A stretch of 64,000 nt of DNA from Octopus sinensis (Eukaryota): assembly GCF_006345805.1 (NCBI RefSeq), contig NC_042997.1:175770001-175834000 (forward strand), in the 5' to 3' direction. A program made the position numbers and the translations under genes. The notes under the pieces were generated by a model. It saw only the letters and a program-made list of their open reading frames with translations, was not told the origin of the DNA and ran no database searches. Within the stretch, counting starts at the first letter, position 1. The number at the start of each line of letters is the position of its first letter. This document shows positions 34,415 through 48,861 of the stretch, in pieces.

Positions 34415-36169
34415 ATCTATGCATAGATAAGTTGTGTTGTATAAGTATTTAGTTCTTTGCTTATCTGCAAATATTTCCCCACGCAATGTAAGGTCATGAC
34501 CTTTTTATCTGTTTAACCACTTAAGGGACTGGCATCTACTCAAAGCTGATACTATCTTTATGTTCAACACACCTTTGTATTATTTCTCATTCTTTTTTTC
34601 TGTTTCCCTTTATTTCTTTTGTCATCCCACTCTCTCTCTCTCTCTCTATTTCCCCCCTTTTTCCTACACCCCTCCCTCTCTCTCTTTCTTTTCCTCCCTC
34701 ACTTCAGTCTCTCACTAATTTCCTTTCAACATACTTAGTTTTACCATTGAGCCAACTACAAGCATTAAAACAATGTAATAAAAGTTTTAATTGCTAGCAA
34801 GGACACAGCATTTCGTTTAACTCCTCTAAATGCACTCTACTGCTTGACTATTGACTCTTATAAGTTCCTCCACCCTTTGACAAGTTTTGTTTTCCATCCC
34901 ACTGGCTGTCCAAATCATCCTCCTCACCAAGCCAGCATGTTGGGGTTACCTGTTTAGTCACTGGCGAACTGACCATGTGACAAGTTGCACTGAGTTATAT
35001 GTTACCAGTAGCACTCAAGGATAATCTCACACGCATACACACACACACCACACACACTATGTTGTTTGTTCCTTCTCGAGCCATGCCTGGCTCATAAGGG
35101 CCGGTTTCCTTGGTTTCCTTGGTGTATAGGTTCCCCACCTGGATGAGACGCCGGTCTGTCGCAGGTAAGCTGCAAGATGCAGGACGAAAGAGTGAGAAAA
35201 AGTTGTGCCATAAGAGTCAGCAGAAGTTCGTCATTAACCTCTGCCGGAGCCGCGTGGAGCTTAGGTACTACGCTCATAAACATACACATCGCCCAGTTTG
35301 AGATTCGAACCCGTGATCCCTCGACCGCGAGTCCGCTGCTCTAACCACTAGGCCATGCACCTCCACACACACACTATGGGCTTCTTTCAGTTTCTGTCTA
35401 CCAATTCCACTCATCCAAATTCAACTGAAGCTAACCTTTATGCTATGTAGTCAACCAATATATGCTGGAATATCATAATAGAGTGACGTTTCATGTTTCA
35501 AAAATTGTCAAAGAATCACAGTAATTTCTGATGGTATTTCTACACTCTTTCATATGACTTTTAAAATTCATTATTTAAATGACATCTGGTATTATGTAAA
35601 TGCTTTGTTACACCTTCCAAAATAAAAAAAAAAAAACTTCAGTAGTTTTAATTATCAAATCTGTAGCCAAAATGGCAAGTAAGGGAAAGTTTATAGAGTT
35701 ATCTACTCACACACACACACACAAGCCTATATACAGAGGGCAAGAGCTATTTGAAGACATATTTGGTGATTTAGTAAAACCACTCTAATCTAGCAAAAAA
35801 CTTTTAAACTTCGTATACTGGCAGAATGTGTTTATAAAACATCTTTTTGTCTTTGCTTTATTGAGAAAATTCTATAGTTTGTAAGATATTTGTTGTTTTT
35901 TTTCTTCAATTTCTGCAATTTCAACCAATCAGTGACGTCTATTTAGTTAAAAAGTATTCTGTGCCATATGAATATGTTCCTTGTTTAAGAAACAGATTGG
36001 GTTTATTTACATTTGTGACGAAAAAAAGATACCCTTCTCTCCACCCCCAACCCTAACCCTAAAAGAAATTGAAATGCAATAGATCGATTCTAGGGTCATA
36101 ATTATGGGTGACAATTTCATATGACACCGCTAGAAAACACTGCCGTTCAAACCGAAAAGATCCACCTTC

Positions 36170-36970
36170 AGTGAAGGTATGGTTTTATGAGAATGTTGAT
36201 TAGTCTCCCTTTCAACAATGCTCCAAATGTAGTAGTCCTTGGGATGTAAATCTGGCGTTTTTTATGCAGGCCACAAATTTGGTTATATGATCACAAAGAT
36301 AGTCTGAAATCCATTCTTCAGTTACATGAACGTTGTGAGAAAGTACCAAGTCATATAGCTTTCCACTATACATTTCATCCAGGGCTTAACAACTGTCTCC
36401 AGCCATCAACATATCTAAAAATATAAGTTCTAAAATCCTGTGGAAAGATGTGAGGTGGCATAACATGACCTTTATTACTCACCACTTCTAAAACCATTAC
36501 AGTTGCTGGAAACTTAGTATGCATTAGTCGAAGGACATCAGAAGGATCTGCACGTAACCAACTGTTATTTCTCCTGTTAGACTTTTGGTCTTGCTGAAGT
36601 TCTCCTCATCAGAAAAGTATCAAAATATACTATTTTTGTGAGAGTTTTTAATCTTAAGTAATTACTTAGTGTGAACCAAACAGCTTTCTTTTATCTTTTC
36701 AAACATGAATTGGCCTCTCCTCAGTAAATACAACTTGTTTTGAATGTACGTATGCACCACAGTTCTGGTAGTCCACTTTGACACCTGAAGTTCTTTGATG
36801 ATGGCCTTCATTGATTTTCCAGGATCATCATTTATAAAGTTTTGAACTAGCCGGATGAATTGCTGAGTACTTATAGTATCCAAATATTTAAAATGCTGTT
36901 GCTGTTTGTTTGTTTGTTGAATGAAGCAGTCTTCGTCCCAGAGTGGGAGAAGTCTGAAATGTGGTCCTTT
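36170..36970 (-). mobile_element. Degenerate Tc1/mariner transposase (maT/DD37D-like)
   Basis: reverse strand remnants KSMKAIIKELQVS (HTH), FSDE, TKFPATVMVLEVVSNKGHVMPPHIF, PDLHPKDYY. Confidence 0.75.
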
Positions 36971-38655
36971 GCTATTCATAAGACCCGCAGAAGAGAAAGC
37001 AGGTCAACCCCCAACACCAAGAGCATCGACAGATGGATGAATGTGTATCCAGGCTCAGCGGTTGTGTAGGAAGTCAGGGATAAGAAACAGGAAGAAAGAG
37101 TGAGAGAAAGTTGGAGCGAAAGAGTGCAACAGGGGTCGCCCCCCCCCTGCCGGAGCCTTGTGGAGCTTTTAGGTGTTTTCGCTCAGTAAACACACACAAC
37201 GCCTGGTCTGGGAATCGAAACTACAATCCTCCGACCACAAGTCCGCTGCCCTAACCACTGGGCCATTACGCCTCCTTGCTGTTGCTGTTTAAACTTTAGA
37301 TCATACCTGAGAACTTAGCTGATAAAATTTGAGTTGTCATTAGCTTTCTCTGAATTTCAAAGAATATGTCTAGATGCTGTATTTGATCAAGTATCAAGAA
37401 CTAAAAGGTGAGCAGGGGGAACACTTTGGAGCAGTATGATGCTAGTCCAGGTTTTCCATGAGGATCTCCTTACAGATTCCTTAACTAATGCCAGTCATAT
37501 GAGAAAGTGATAGATTATTCACCATTATAAATAGATTATTCACCATTTGTCCTCAAGAAGGAGTTCATGATTTTTTTAATTCTCATATTATGTAGTGTTT
37601 TGTTAGTGATTAGTTGCCCTGAAAGCTCATTTCAAACCAACACTTGACCAGCCTTGAAACATGCCACTAATAAAGCATTTCGAGGGTCTTAGCAGCAAAT
37701 TTGCTGTGTTTCATGCAGGCTTATGGCTTGAATTTCTTAAAAATCACCAAGCTGTTCTAATGCAACATTACAAACCCATGTGTACTGATTAAACATGAGT
37801 AGGTGGTAGTTATGCAATCCCTCGTAGGCAGTTGTCTATGCTTATCAGCCACTTACTGATTTCTGATAAAGAGTAAATACAACTACAGCATGAATAGCCT
37901 AGAAACACTTCCTGATACATATATGTATATAGACACATATATCTATATACATATATGTATACATGTGTGTGTGCCTGTATATGTGTGTGTGTGTATATAT
38001 ATATATATAATCCAGTGTTTTAACTCTGGGTTTTGTCCCCATTAATGGGAGTGGCCGGATCTACCTCAATGCCATAGCAACTGAGGTAGGCAGGTACAGC
38101 CCACCCCAAATTTTGGGCTGGCTTGTGCCCATTCTTCTTTGATGTCATGAGGCTTTTTTGGAGCTGGATTTTCTATGGAGAACATGCCTTTGCTTACCCC
38201 CAACCTCAGTTTCTAGATATGAGTGGTCCCATGACCAAGGCCTCTACCACAATTTTTAAGAAATGTGGTGGAAATCTAGCTCAGGAAGGCAGGGACGCTA
38301 CTCCTTGAGACCCTTTTCGGAGCCCCCCTACCTATATCATCATCATCATCATCATCATCATCATTTAACGTCCGCTTTCCATGCTAGCATGGGTTGGACG
38401 GTTCAACTGGGGTCTGGGGAGCCTGAAGGCTGCACCAGTCCAGTCAGATATAGTTATAATTTTCTTTCACAACACATAGACAGTGTATAAGTGCTCAAGT
38501 TGAACCTGAGGCATTAGATAAGTATAATGGATACAATAGAAAAAGTTCAAATCAGGCAAACTACAGCTAACACCAGACATTTCTACATTACTGCATGTAC
38601 TTTATATGCACTTTCTGACAAGTTGTGGTGCACCTGAGCACTGTATACAATAATT

Positions 38656-38687
<32 letters not shown>

Positions 38688-38879
38688 TATGGATTTAAGA
38701 TAAAAATAAGAATTGTCTAAGTTGAAATATATATTGATATATTAGAGATATAAAAATATATGATTACTAAAAATATGGACATATAAATATATGGTATATA
38801 AACATTATAATAATGGAATATAGATGAAAACATTATTTTTTTAAAAATTAAAATATGGTATAGAGAAAATAATAGGCAT

Positions 38880-41158
38880 TAAAAAGAGTTTGGGTTACAT
38901 GTTAGAAGAAATTAAAGTATTCCAACGATCATTTCTGGAGTTCATTCGTCCAGATAACAAATGAATCTTAAGGTTCATTTTCAGAGGATGTCTCCTTTAT
39001 CAGAGAAAAATGATACATATGCTAGATATGCATTCAGTTTTTTTACCTCTTTCTTTACTACCCACAAGGGGCTAAACACAGAAGGGTCAAACAAGGACAG
39101 ACAAACAGATTAAGTCGATTATATCGACACCAGTGTGTAACTGGTACTTATTTAATCGACCCCGAAAGGATGAAAGGCAAAGTCGACCTCGGCGAAATTT
39201 GAACTCAGAACGTAACGGCAGACGAAATGCTGTTAAGCATTTCGCTCGGCATGCTAACGATTCTGCCAGCTCGCTGCCTATTCAGTTTTTTTTTTTTACC
39301 AAGGTATGAGGTAATTGGATGCTTTTATAGAAGAGCGGTTATAACTATGCAAATAATGGAAATCTTTATGAGGGCTGATGGGAGTAAAACTAGATTGCTT
39401 ACTGTCTTTCTTAAAATTTATATTTGTATTAGCAACATATTTTTATAAGCGGTAGAACTGTTTTATTATTACCCACAAGGGGCAAACATAGAGGGGACAA
39501 TACAACCTGATGTGGAGTCAGATTATAAGCGGTAGAATGTTTAGTTGTGCAACAAAAATTACTAGGGTTATTGTTAAGTGGATTCAGATTTAAATCGTCT
39601 CATGAAAGTTGAGAAGTGTTTATGGTTGCACAAATGAATAGCGTCAGAAAGCTTATTTATAACAGTGGAATTATACCTGCAAAGGATAATGTATGATCCT
39701 TTTATGCAAATTCTACATCTGCCCGTAATTGTGTTGTATGGTGGGGCCTCATCTATAATAGACCAAGATAATGAGTAATTAATTTTCTGTAATTTTAAGT
39801 CATGCATATATGTAGCTAGTGCTGTTGAGTTTTTATATTTTAACTTATTGAAAGAATTTAACTGTGTTCTATATCGTCTATAGTGCTTCCTATGTATACT
39901 CTAGCTTGATGTTTGTTATTTGCCACACTGCTGTTATAGATTACGTTTTTACGTAAACAGAAACCAGCGAGTGGACATAATTCAGGGGCCCTACAATTAC
40001 AGGTGTTTGCATTCCTATCTATAATTTTCGTTTTATTAATATTATTTGGACTTATATGGGGTAGCTTACGGTGATCTATGCTTTTAGTCATTTGGAGTTG
40101 GATTTTATTTCTGTTTGTAGATATGATAATCGAACCCAAATTAGGCATGGTAAGATAATTTTATAGAGGGTTTAATAAATATAGGGTAATATTTATAGTG
40201 CTTAGCAAAATTTAATTTCAGAATTTTAAAGAACAGTTTTGGTAAACTTTTGACTTTGAGAGAAAATGGTGGAGGCAACCAAATAATTTCTCTTTTTCTA
40301 GATTTAGAGTGTGTTACCACATTAGAGTTTTCAGATATAGAGGGAATATATTTATTACGATTACTAAAATACCCATTATAAAATTTAGTACGGTTTACAA
40401 ATGTTTTCTTATAGGTTTGTAATCCAAGGAAGAGATCGTTTTAGTCATATTAGAATTAATGTCAGATGTTAGATTAGCTAATTTGGTATTACATCTCTTT
40501 TATCCATATCTAGATTCTCAATTTTTTTTTTTTTGTAATTTTTTAATACATATCTAACATAGCTTACATTAAAATACAATTATGTATATCCCTTCGAATA
40601 ATCTTTTCTAGAAATTAATTTAGCATTATCTCCCCTACATTATTAAATATCTAACCTCATAAATAAAACTTTTTTTTTTCACCGTAATGTTTTTTTCAAA
40701 ATTAATTCTAACAACAGCAAATATGTTTTCTCACTAAATTCTGTAATATTAATAACTATTCTTTCTTTTTTTTAGTCCTTCCTCCTAGACTTATTTCATA
40801 CAAACGAATATAATGCTACCTAACTATAATAAATCTTTTTTCCCCATTATATTGCCCCTCAAAATTCTTTTCCGTCTTTCGAATTTCAAGTAACTTATAT
40901 AAAATCATACTAGCTACCTATACTTCTTATTCTAGAAACCTTTTTTGAAAAACCAATTTCTTTTTAATATACACCATATTTTATTTTAAACCTTTTTCAT
41001 GGTAAATCACTCATAACTGTCAAATTACATAAATTTTAAATATGGCTGTGATGTCCAATTGGAAGCTTATTTTTTTATGTGTATACACATATGAATATAT
41101 GCGTATGTATGCACATATTGTGTGGGTACGTGTATATGTGTGTGTATATTTGTTTGTA

Positions 41159-41224
<66 letters not shown>

Positions 41225-41360
41225 GGAGTAAACACATAAATGTGAAACAAGGTGGAAAAAAGAGTACTCAAATACCAGTGGTAGAGTAATATGCTTTATT
41301 TAAAGCAGCAGAAAATTCAACAAAATCTGTTACTCTGAGTTTCTCGTTGCCGTTCATCAG
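38880..41360 (-). mobile_element. Penelope-like element remnant (GIY-YIG endonuclease) with nested SINE-B
   Basis: ORFs 39858..40148 (CNCR...CPLAGFCLRKNVIY...YIGST) and 39574..39807 (WSII...PYN...CRIC...CNH); hammerhead-like motifs near both ends; boundaries uncertain. Confidence 0.8.
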
Positions 41361-41397
41361 ATGTATATGTTTGTGTATATGTACCTGTGTGCGTGTG

Positions 41398-41453
<56 letters not shown>

Positions 41454-41716
41454 TTGTAATATATTTTATTCCTTATGATAAATGCTTTATATGGTATGTA
41501 TTTCACTATATTAATTATCCTCATATTGAGAGAATGTTTCTTAAACCTTTTTCACTTATATTTCAAATATCCACTTTTTCACTTATGTTTCAAAATACTT
41601 ACAATAGTAAGCTACAAATTTAATATGAATTATCTTATTAAAAATCTAACTTTGGTTCCCACCAAAGTAAAAGGATGAAATTGAACTCAACCTTTCTCAT
41701 GTGTATATATATATAT

Positions 41717-42375
41717 GTTGGCCAGGCGAGACTGGCAACGGACACGAACGGATGGTGCTTTTACGTGTCACCGGCACGAGGGCCAGGCCAGGCTGGCAGC
41801 GGACATGAACGGATGGCATGTAAAAGCACCATCCGTTCGTGTCCGTTGCCAGCCTCGGCTGGCCCCCATGCCGGTGGCACGTAAAAGCACCATCCGTTCA
41901 TGGCCGTTTGCCAGCTCTGTCTGGCACCTGTGTAGGTGGCACGTAAAAAGCACCCACTACACTCACGGAGTGGTTGGCGTTAGGAAGGGCATCCAGCCGT
42001 AGAAACACTGCCAGATCTGACTGGGCCTGATGAAGCCTTCCGGCTTCACAGACCCCAGTTGAACCGTCCAACCCATGCTAGCATGGAAAACGGGCGCTAA
42101 ATGATGATGATGATGATCATCATCATCATCTATATCATCATCATCATCATCGTTTAACATCCGCTTTCCATGTGCTGGCATGGGTTGGACAGTTTGACTG
42201 AGGGCTGGCAAGCAAGAAGGCTGCACCAGGCTCCAATCCGAATATGGCAAAGTTTCTACAGCTGGATGGCCTTCCTAATGCTAGCAACTCTGAGAGTGTA
42301 TTGGTGCTTTTTACGTGCCACCTGCACAGGACTAGTCAGGTGCCACTGGCAAGGATCACACTCGAATGGTGCTTT
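41717..42375. mobile_element. RTE 3'UTR insertion with 5' inversion (41717-42118), tail-to-tail with an opposite copy (42117-42375)
   Basis: 41720-41816 is the reverse complement of the units that follow; (ATG)n meets (CAT)n at about 42117. Confidence 0.8.
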
Positions 42376-42416
42376 ATAATTATATGAATATATATATATA
42401 TATATGAACATAAATA

Positions 42417-42475
<59 letters not shown>

Positions 42476-42624
42476 AATAATATATATATAAGAGATAATG
42501 GTATCATTGAAACCCAAAGGTGTCAGGTAATGCTGAATAAGTGCTATAGACAGACCATAGTTAAGTTCCAGATTCAGTAATATTGCGAATAAAAGGTTCA
42601 ACGTTGGTTCTATGTCAGCGTGTG

Positions 42625-42785
42625 TATATAAGAATTTTTTGCGTAATAAGATAAAAAACCAAGGCTGTGTGGATATTAGAGCATTTATAGATAGAAGGTC
42701 TTACAGCTTACCTTCTATCTATAAATGCTCTAATATCTACACAGACTTGGTTTTTTATCTTATCACACAAAAAATTCTTATATAT
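42625..42785. repeat. Foldback, ~75 bp arms, 10 nt loop
   Basis: GATATTAGAGCATTTATAGATAGAAGGT-cttacagctt-ACCTTCTATCTATAAATGCTCTAATATC. Confidence 0.9.
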
Positions 42786-42791
42786 TTTCTG

Positions 42792-42839
<48 letters not shown>

Positions 42840-43157
42840 CAGAAAAGAATAGCATACATGGTCAGATGGAATCTGTGCTGGCCCTCATTCATCAACTTAG
42901 CAGTCAATTCAATCATCAGGTGTTTGTCAGACGTCATCACATTTTCGGCCCTTAAACACAACCATTCTGTCCACTGGGCCCAGCCTGCCTGGGGTTTGGT
43001 GCCTTCTCAGTCAGACTGTATTGTTGACTGCTCTCTTCAAGGTGGTCACTATTCATGCCGATGCTCTTTCTGTAGCTTCTTGCAATTTTTATACGGCTTC
43101 TCTCTGCTCCTTTCCACTCAGACTAAGTTCGCCCACAAACCGACACATAGACATCCA

Positions 43158-43188
<31 letters not shown>

Positions 43189-44149
43189 AATCCAATTAGT
43201 GGTTAAATTAGCCTCATTAAGGGATGATATCATCCAATGAATTACTGGTTCAATACCTAATATTTGTTGTGAATAATAATATTCATAAAACAGTAGGTTT
43301 ATATATAAATCATGGTTTATAATCGTTCAAAAGAGAGTAAGAAAATGGAAATGTAGCATTTAACAAAAATTTATCTGCAAAAATCAAACACAGTTCTTAC
43401 AGCTGTTTCAATTGAGCCTAAATGATTAAATAGCAATTATTTAAATCATTATATTAGGCAAAATCTCTTCAAAGGGATAGAAAAAAGATATACCGTTAGG
43501 TTTTTTTATGCCTTGTATTTTAGAATCATCACAGCAGAGTCCACCATGTTGTTATATGCCTGTATGGTTAAGGAATGAAAACATTGATACAATTTTCTGT
43601 TATTATTATCTTTCCATAAGAATTACAAGCATTTGTAAATATAGACAAATAACCACTGATAAGAAAAAAAATGGAGAAAAAGAGGAAAAATGCACATATA
43701 TGTTTCCCTTTCTCTTCCTAGTACAATTCCTTTGTCTTAAACTTAATGTAATTCAATCCATCCCAGTCCATCCATTCACTTCCCCTACAAAAATTTTTTT
43801 TCGTTTTTCTTTTTCTTTTCTTGTCAACAGTTATTTGTTTTTTTTTTTTTTTTCTTGTCAACAGTTATTTGTGTATATTTAAAAATGTTTGCAATTCCTA
43901 TTATGGAAAGATAATAAATAGTAACTGAAAATTGTAGCAATGTTTTCATTCCCTAACCAGGCAGGCATATAACAACATGGCAGCCTAACTCAAGATCTTT
44001 AGCCAGACACAACTTTATGTATAGATGCACCTGATGAGACCCAAGCTGCAAAATGGATGCAGCACAACATGTTGAACAGAGTAGCACCCATAAGGGACAG
44101 TAGCAGGATAGGTCGAAATGACTATTGCAGAAAATATACATTAATACCA

Positions 44150-45163
44150 AATCCATCTTCTGCTTAAGTATTTCGATGTATTTTTCAGTGTTTATGGTTC
44201 CAACACATTCGATCATTCGATGACCATTGCTGGTGACAGCTCCCCATACCATTACAGAGATACCTATTTCCTTATTACCCATAAGGGGCTAAACACAGAG
44301 GGGACAAACAAGGACAGACATAGGTATTAAGTCGATTACATCGACCCCAGTGCATAACTGGTACTTAATTTATCGACCCCGAAAGGATGAAAGGCAAAGT
44401 CGACCTTGGCGGAATTCGAACTCACAACGTAACGCAGATGAAATACATTACAGAGATACCACCATGTTTCACAGTTGGTTGGAGTCATTTCAAATTAAAG
44501 TCTTGATTGGGAAGCCTCCAGACCCAAACACGTCCACTGTCTGAAAATAATGCAAATCTGGATTCATCTGAGAAAATTACTCTATCCCAAAATGTACTGG
44601 ATTTTTCTGACATCTCCTAAGCCGATTTATTTCTTTTCATGATATTAATTGGTTGAAGGAGAGGTTTTCTTCTAGCTGCTTGTCCATAACACCCAAGCTT
44701 ATGCAGGTATGTAACACATGTTCTTGGACTAACTTCTAGCTGTTTTGCAATGTCAGAAGCCTTCGAATGGGGTTCATTTTCCACAATTCTCTTCAAACAG
44801 CGAAGCTTTCTTTCTGAGGGCCCAGGTCAGCCAGGATGAGAAGCTGTTGATTCTTTTTCTTGGCTTTGAATTGCACTATAATTCTTTTAACAGTAGTAAG
44901 AGGAATTTGAAGATTTTCGGCAATTTTTTGCTGGCTAAGAGCAGCTTCAGTTAACCCAACAGTATGACCTCTTTGAAAATCTGACAGTTCTGCTGATTTT
45001 TTTTGCATGTGACATGGTTATTCTTCATGAATGTTTAATAAAATGGCACCTGGAATAAAAAAGAATAATTACATTGTAAATTCTACACCGCTGAAAACAT
45101 ATTAAAATGCTTAGATCAGAAATTTTGAAAATTAAAGGTGTCTATTTACTTCTTGCATGCCTG
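44150..45163 (-). mobile_element. Tc1-family transposon fragment interrupted by SINE-B (44265-44445)
   Basis: ELSDFQRGHTVGL...QKIA HTH, VIFSDESRF, SVMVWGA...INTEKYIEIL; SINE flanked by 15 bp TSD CATTACAGAGATACC (44250-44264, 44446-44460). Confidence 0.88.
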
Positions 45164-45531
45164 TGTATATATATATATATAGGCACAGGTGTGGCTGTGT
45201 GGTAAGAAGCTTGCTTCCCAACCACACGATTCCAGGTTCAGTCCCACTGCGTGGCACTTTGGGCAAGTGTCTTTTACTATAGCCTCGGGCCGAACAAAGG
45301 CTTAAGTGGATTGGTAGCCAGAAACTGAAAGAGGCCCATCATATATATGCGAATACAAATATATAAAGCACCCACTACACTCTCGGACTGGTTGGCGTTA
45401 GGAAGGGCATCCAGCTGTTGAAACTTTGCCAGATCAGATTGGAGGCTGGTGCAGCCATCTGGTTTGCTAGACCTCAATCAAATCATCCAACCCATGCTAG
45501 CATGGAAAGCGGACATTAAGCGATGATGATG

Positions 45532-45557
<26 letters not shown>

Positions 45558-45563
<6 letters not shown>

Positions 45564-45735
45564 AACAGAAAAGGGAGGAATATTGATCAACAACAATTAG
45601 CTTACATCAGTTATTATTTTTTAATTCAATACAAATAGACTGATGGGATACAGTCTATTTGTATTGAATTGAAAAATAATAAGTGATGTAAGTCAATTGT
45701 TGTTGATCAATATTTCTCCATTTTCTGTCTACTTT
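45558..45735. repeat. Foldback, ~85 bp arms, 8 nt loop
   Basis: AATTCAATACAAATAGACTG-atgggata-CAGTCTATTTGTATTGAATT. Confidence 0.9.
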
Positions 45736-46272
45736 AAATTTGATTCCTGATAAACTCATGTTTATCTTTGTAATCTATGAGCATAATATGCTTGCATATA
45801 TATGTTAACATAGGTAATTATACCTGTAGTATAATGAACACTTTTATGCCTTAGACACTTATTCCAACCTCTAACTCTACTAACCTTACATATATATATC
45901 ATCATCATCATCATCATCATCGTTTAACGTCCGCTTTCCGCGCTAGCACGGGTTGGACGGTTTGACCGGGTCTGGGAAGCCAGGGGCCGCACCAGGCTCC
46001 AGTCTGAATCTGGCAGAGTTTCTACGGCTGGATGCCCTTCCTAACGCCAACCACTCCGTGAGTGGATTAGGTGCTTTTTACGTGCCACCTGCACAGGGGC
46101 CGGAGGGTCCGGCATCGTCACGATCGGTTCGAGCATTTTAACGTGTCAATATATATATATATATAAAAATTCAGGGTGAGTACTTGATAATTGTAAGCAC
46201 CTGTATATACCGTTTGGTGGTGTAGGTGGTGGAGTAAATTAATCAAAATAAAAACATGATGCCAAGGATTCA

Positions 46273-46350
46273 GCGGTACATATGTTTCGGGCCTTTATTA
46301 GACAGATTTATAACAATGCATAATGTGTGTCTATGGCCTTCTTCAGCCAC
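46273..46350 (-). ncRNA. Type I hammerhead-like ribozyme motif (Penelope pLTR type)
   Basis: reverse strand GTGG-CTGAAGA-AGGCC...GGCCC-GAAA-CATATG-TA-CCGC: core, stem II, palindromic stem III, GUA site and 4 bp stem I. Confidence 0.65.
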
Positions 46351-46984
46351 GCACAATTACTACCTCAAGGACATGTATTACATCAAAAATTCTACGTTGG
46401 GGATGCAAATCCTCTCATTCGCGTACGACATAATGCGGCAACAGCATAAAAATGAAGCGTCCATCTCGTCCTTCTCTCAATGTAGAATGCGGAAGTTTGG
46501 ATGTTGAGGTATATAATATAAAAAGAATAAATAAATTTATACATATATAAATACAGACAGACGTGAAGGAACCTGGTAATAAGAGTAAATAGGGATAAAG
46601 ATGGAGGGGCGAGAATTCAGGACGAAGGATAAAAAAATATAAAAATGTGAAAAATAAGAATATAAGTATAGAAAAATAGAAAAATATAGAGTATAAAGAT
46701 ATAAAGAGATATAAAAAAATATAAATGAGTATAAAGATATAAAGTTATAAAAAAATATTAAAAAATTATCAGAAATATAAGAATATAGAAATGTAAAAGA
46801 ATATAAGGATAAGGGATATAAAGTTGTTACAGACCAACATGGTGATCAGGAAAATGACAAATTCTGGTTGTAGAAGCCGTGGGTGTCATAAATCAACCGG
46901 GGCGTCTGGGGACCTAGTGTATTGTAAATTAGAGTTGTTTGGTTAAACCGCTTATCTAGTTCATCGTAACGTATCAGGTGGTCA

Positions 46985-48861
<1,877 letters not shown>

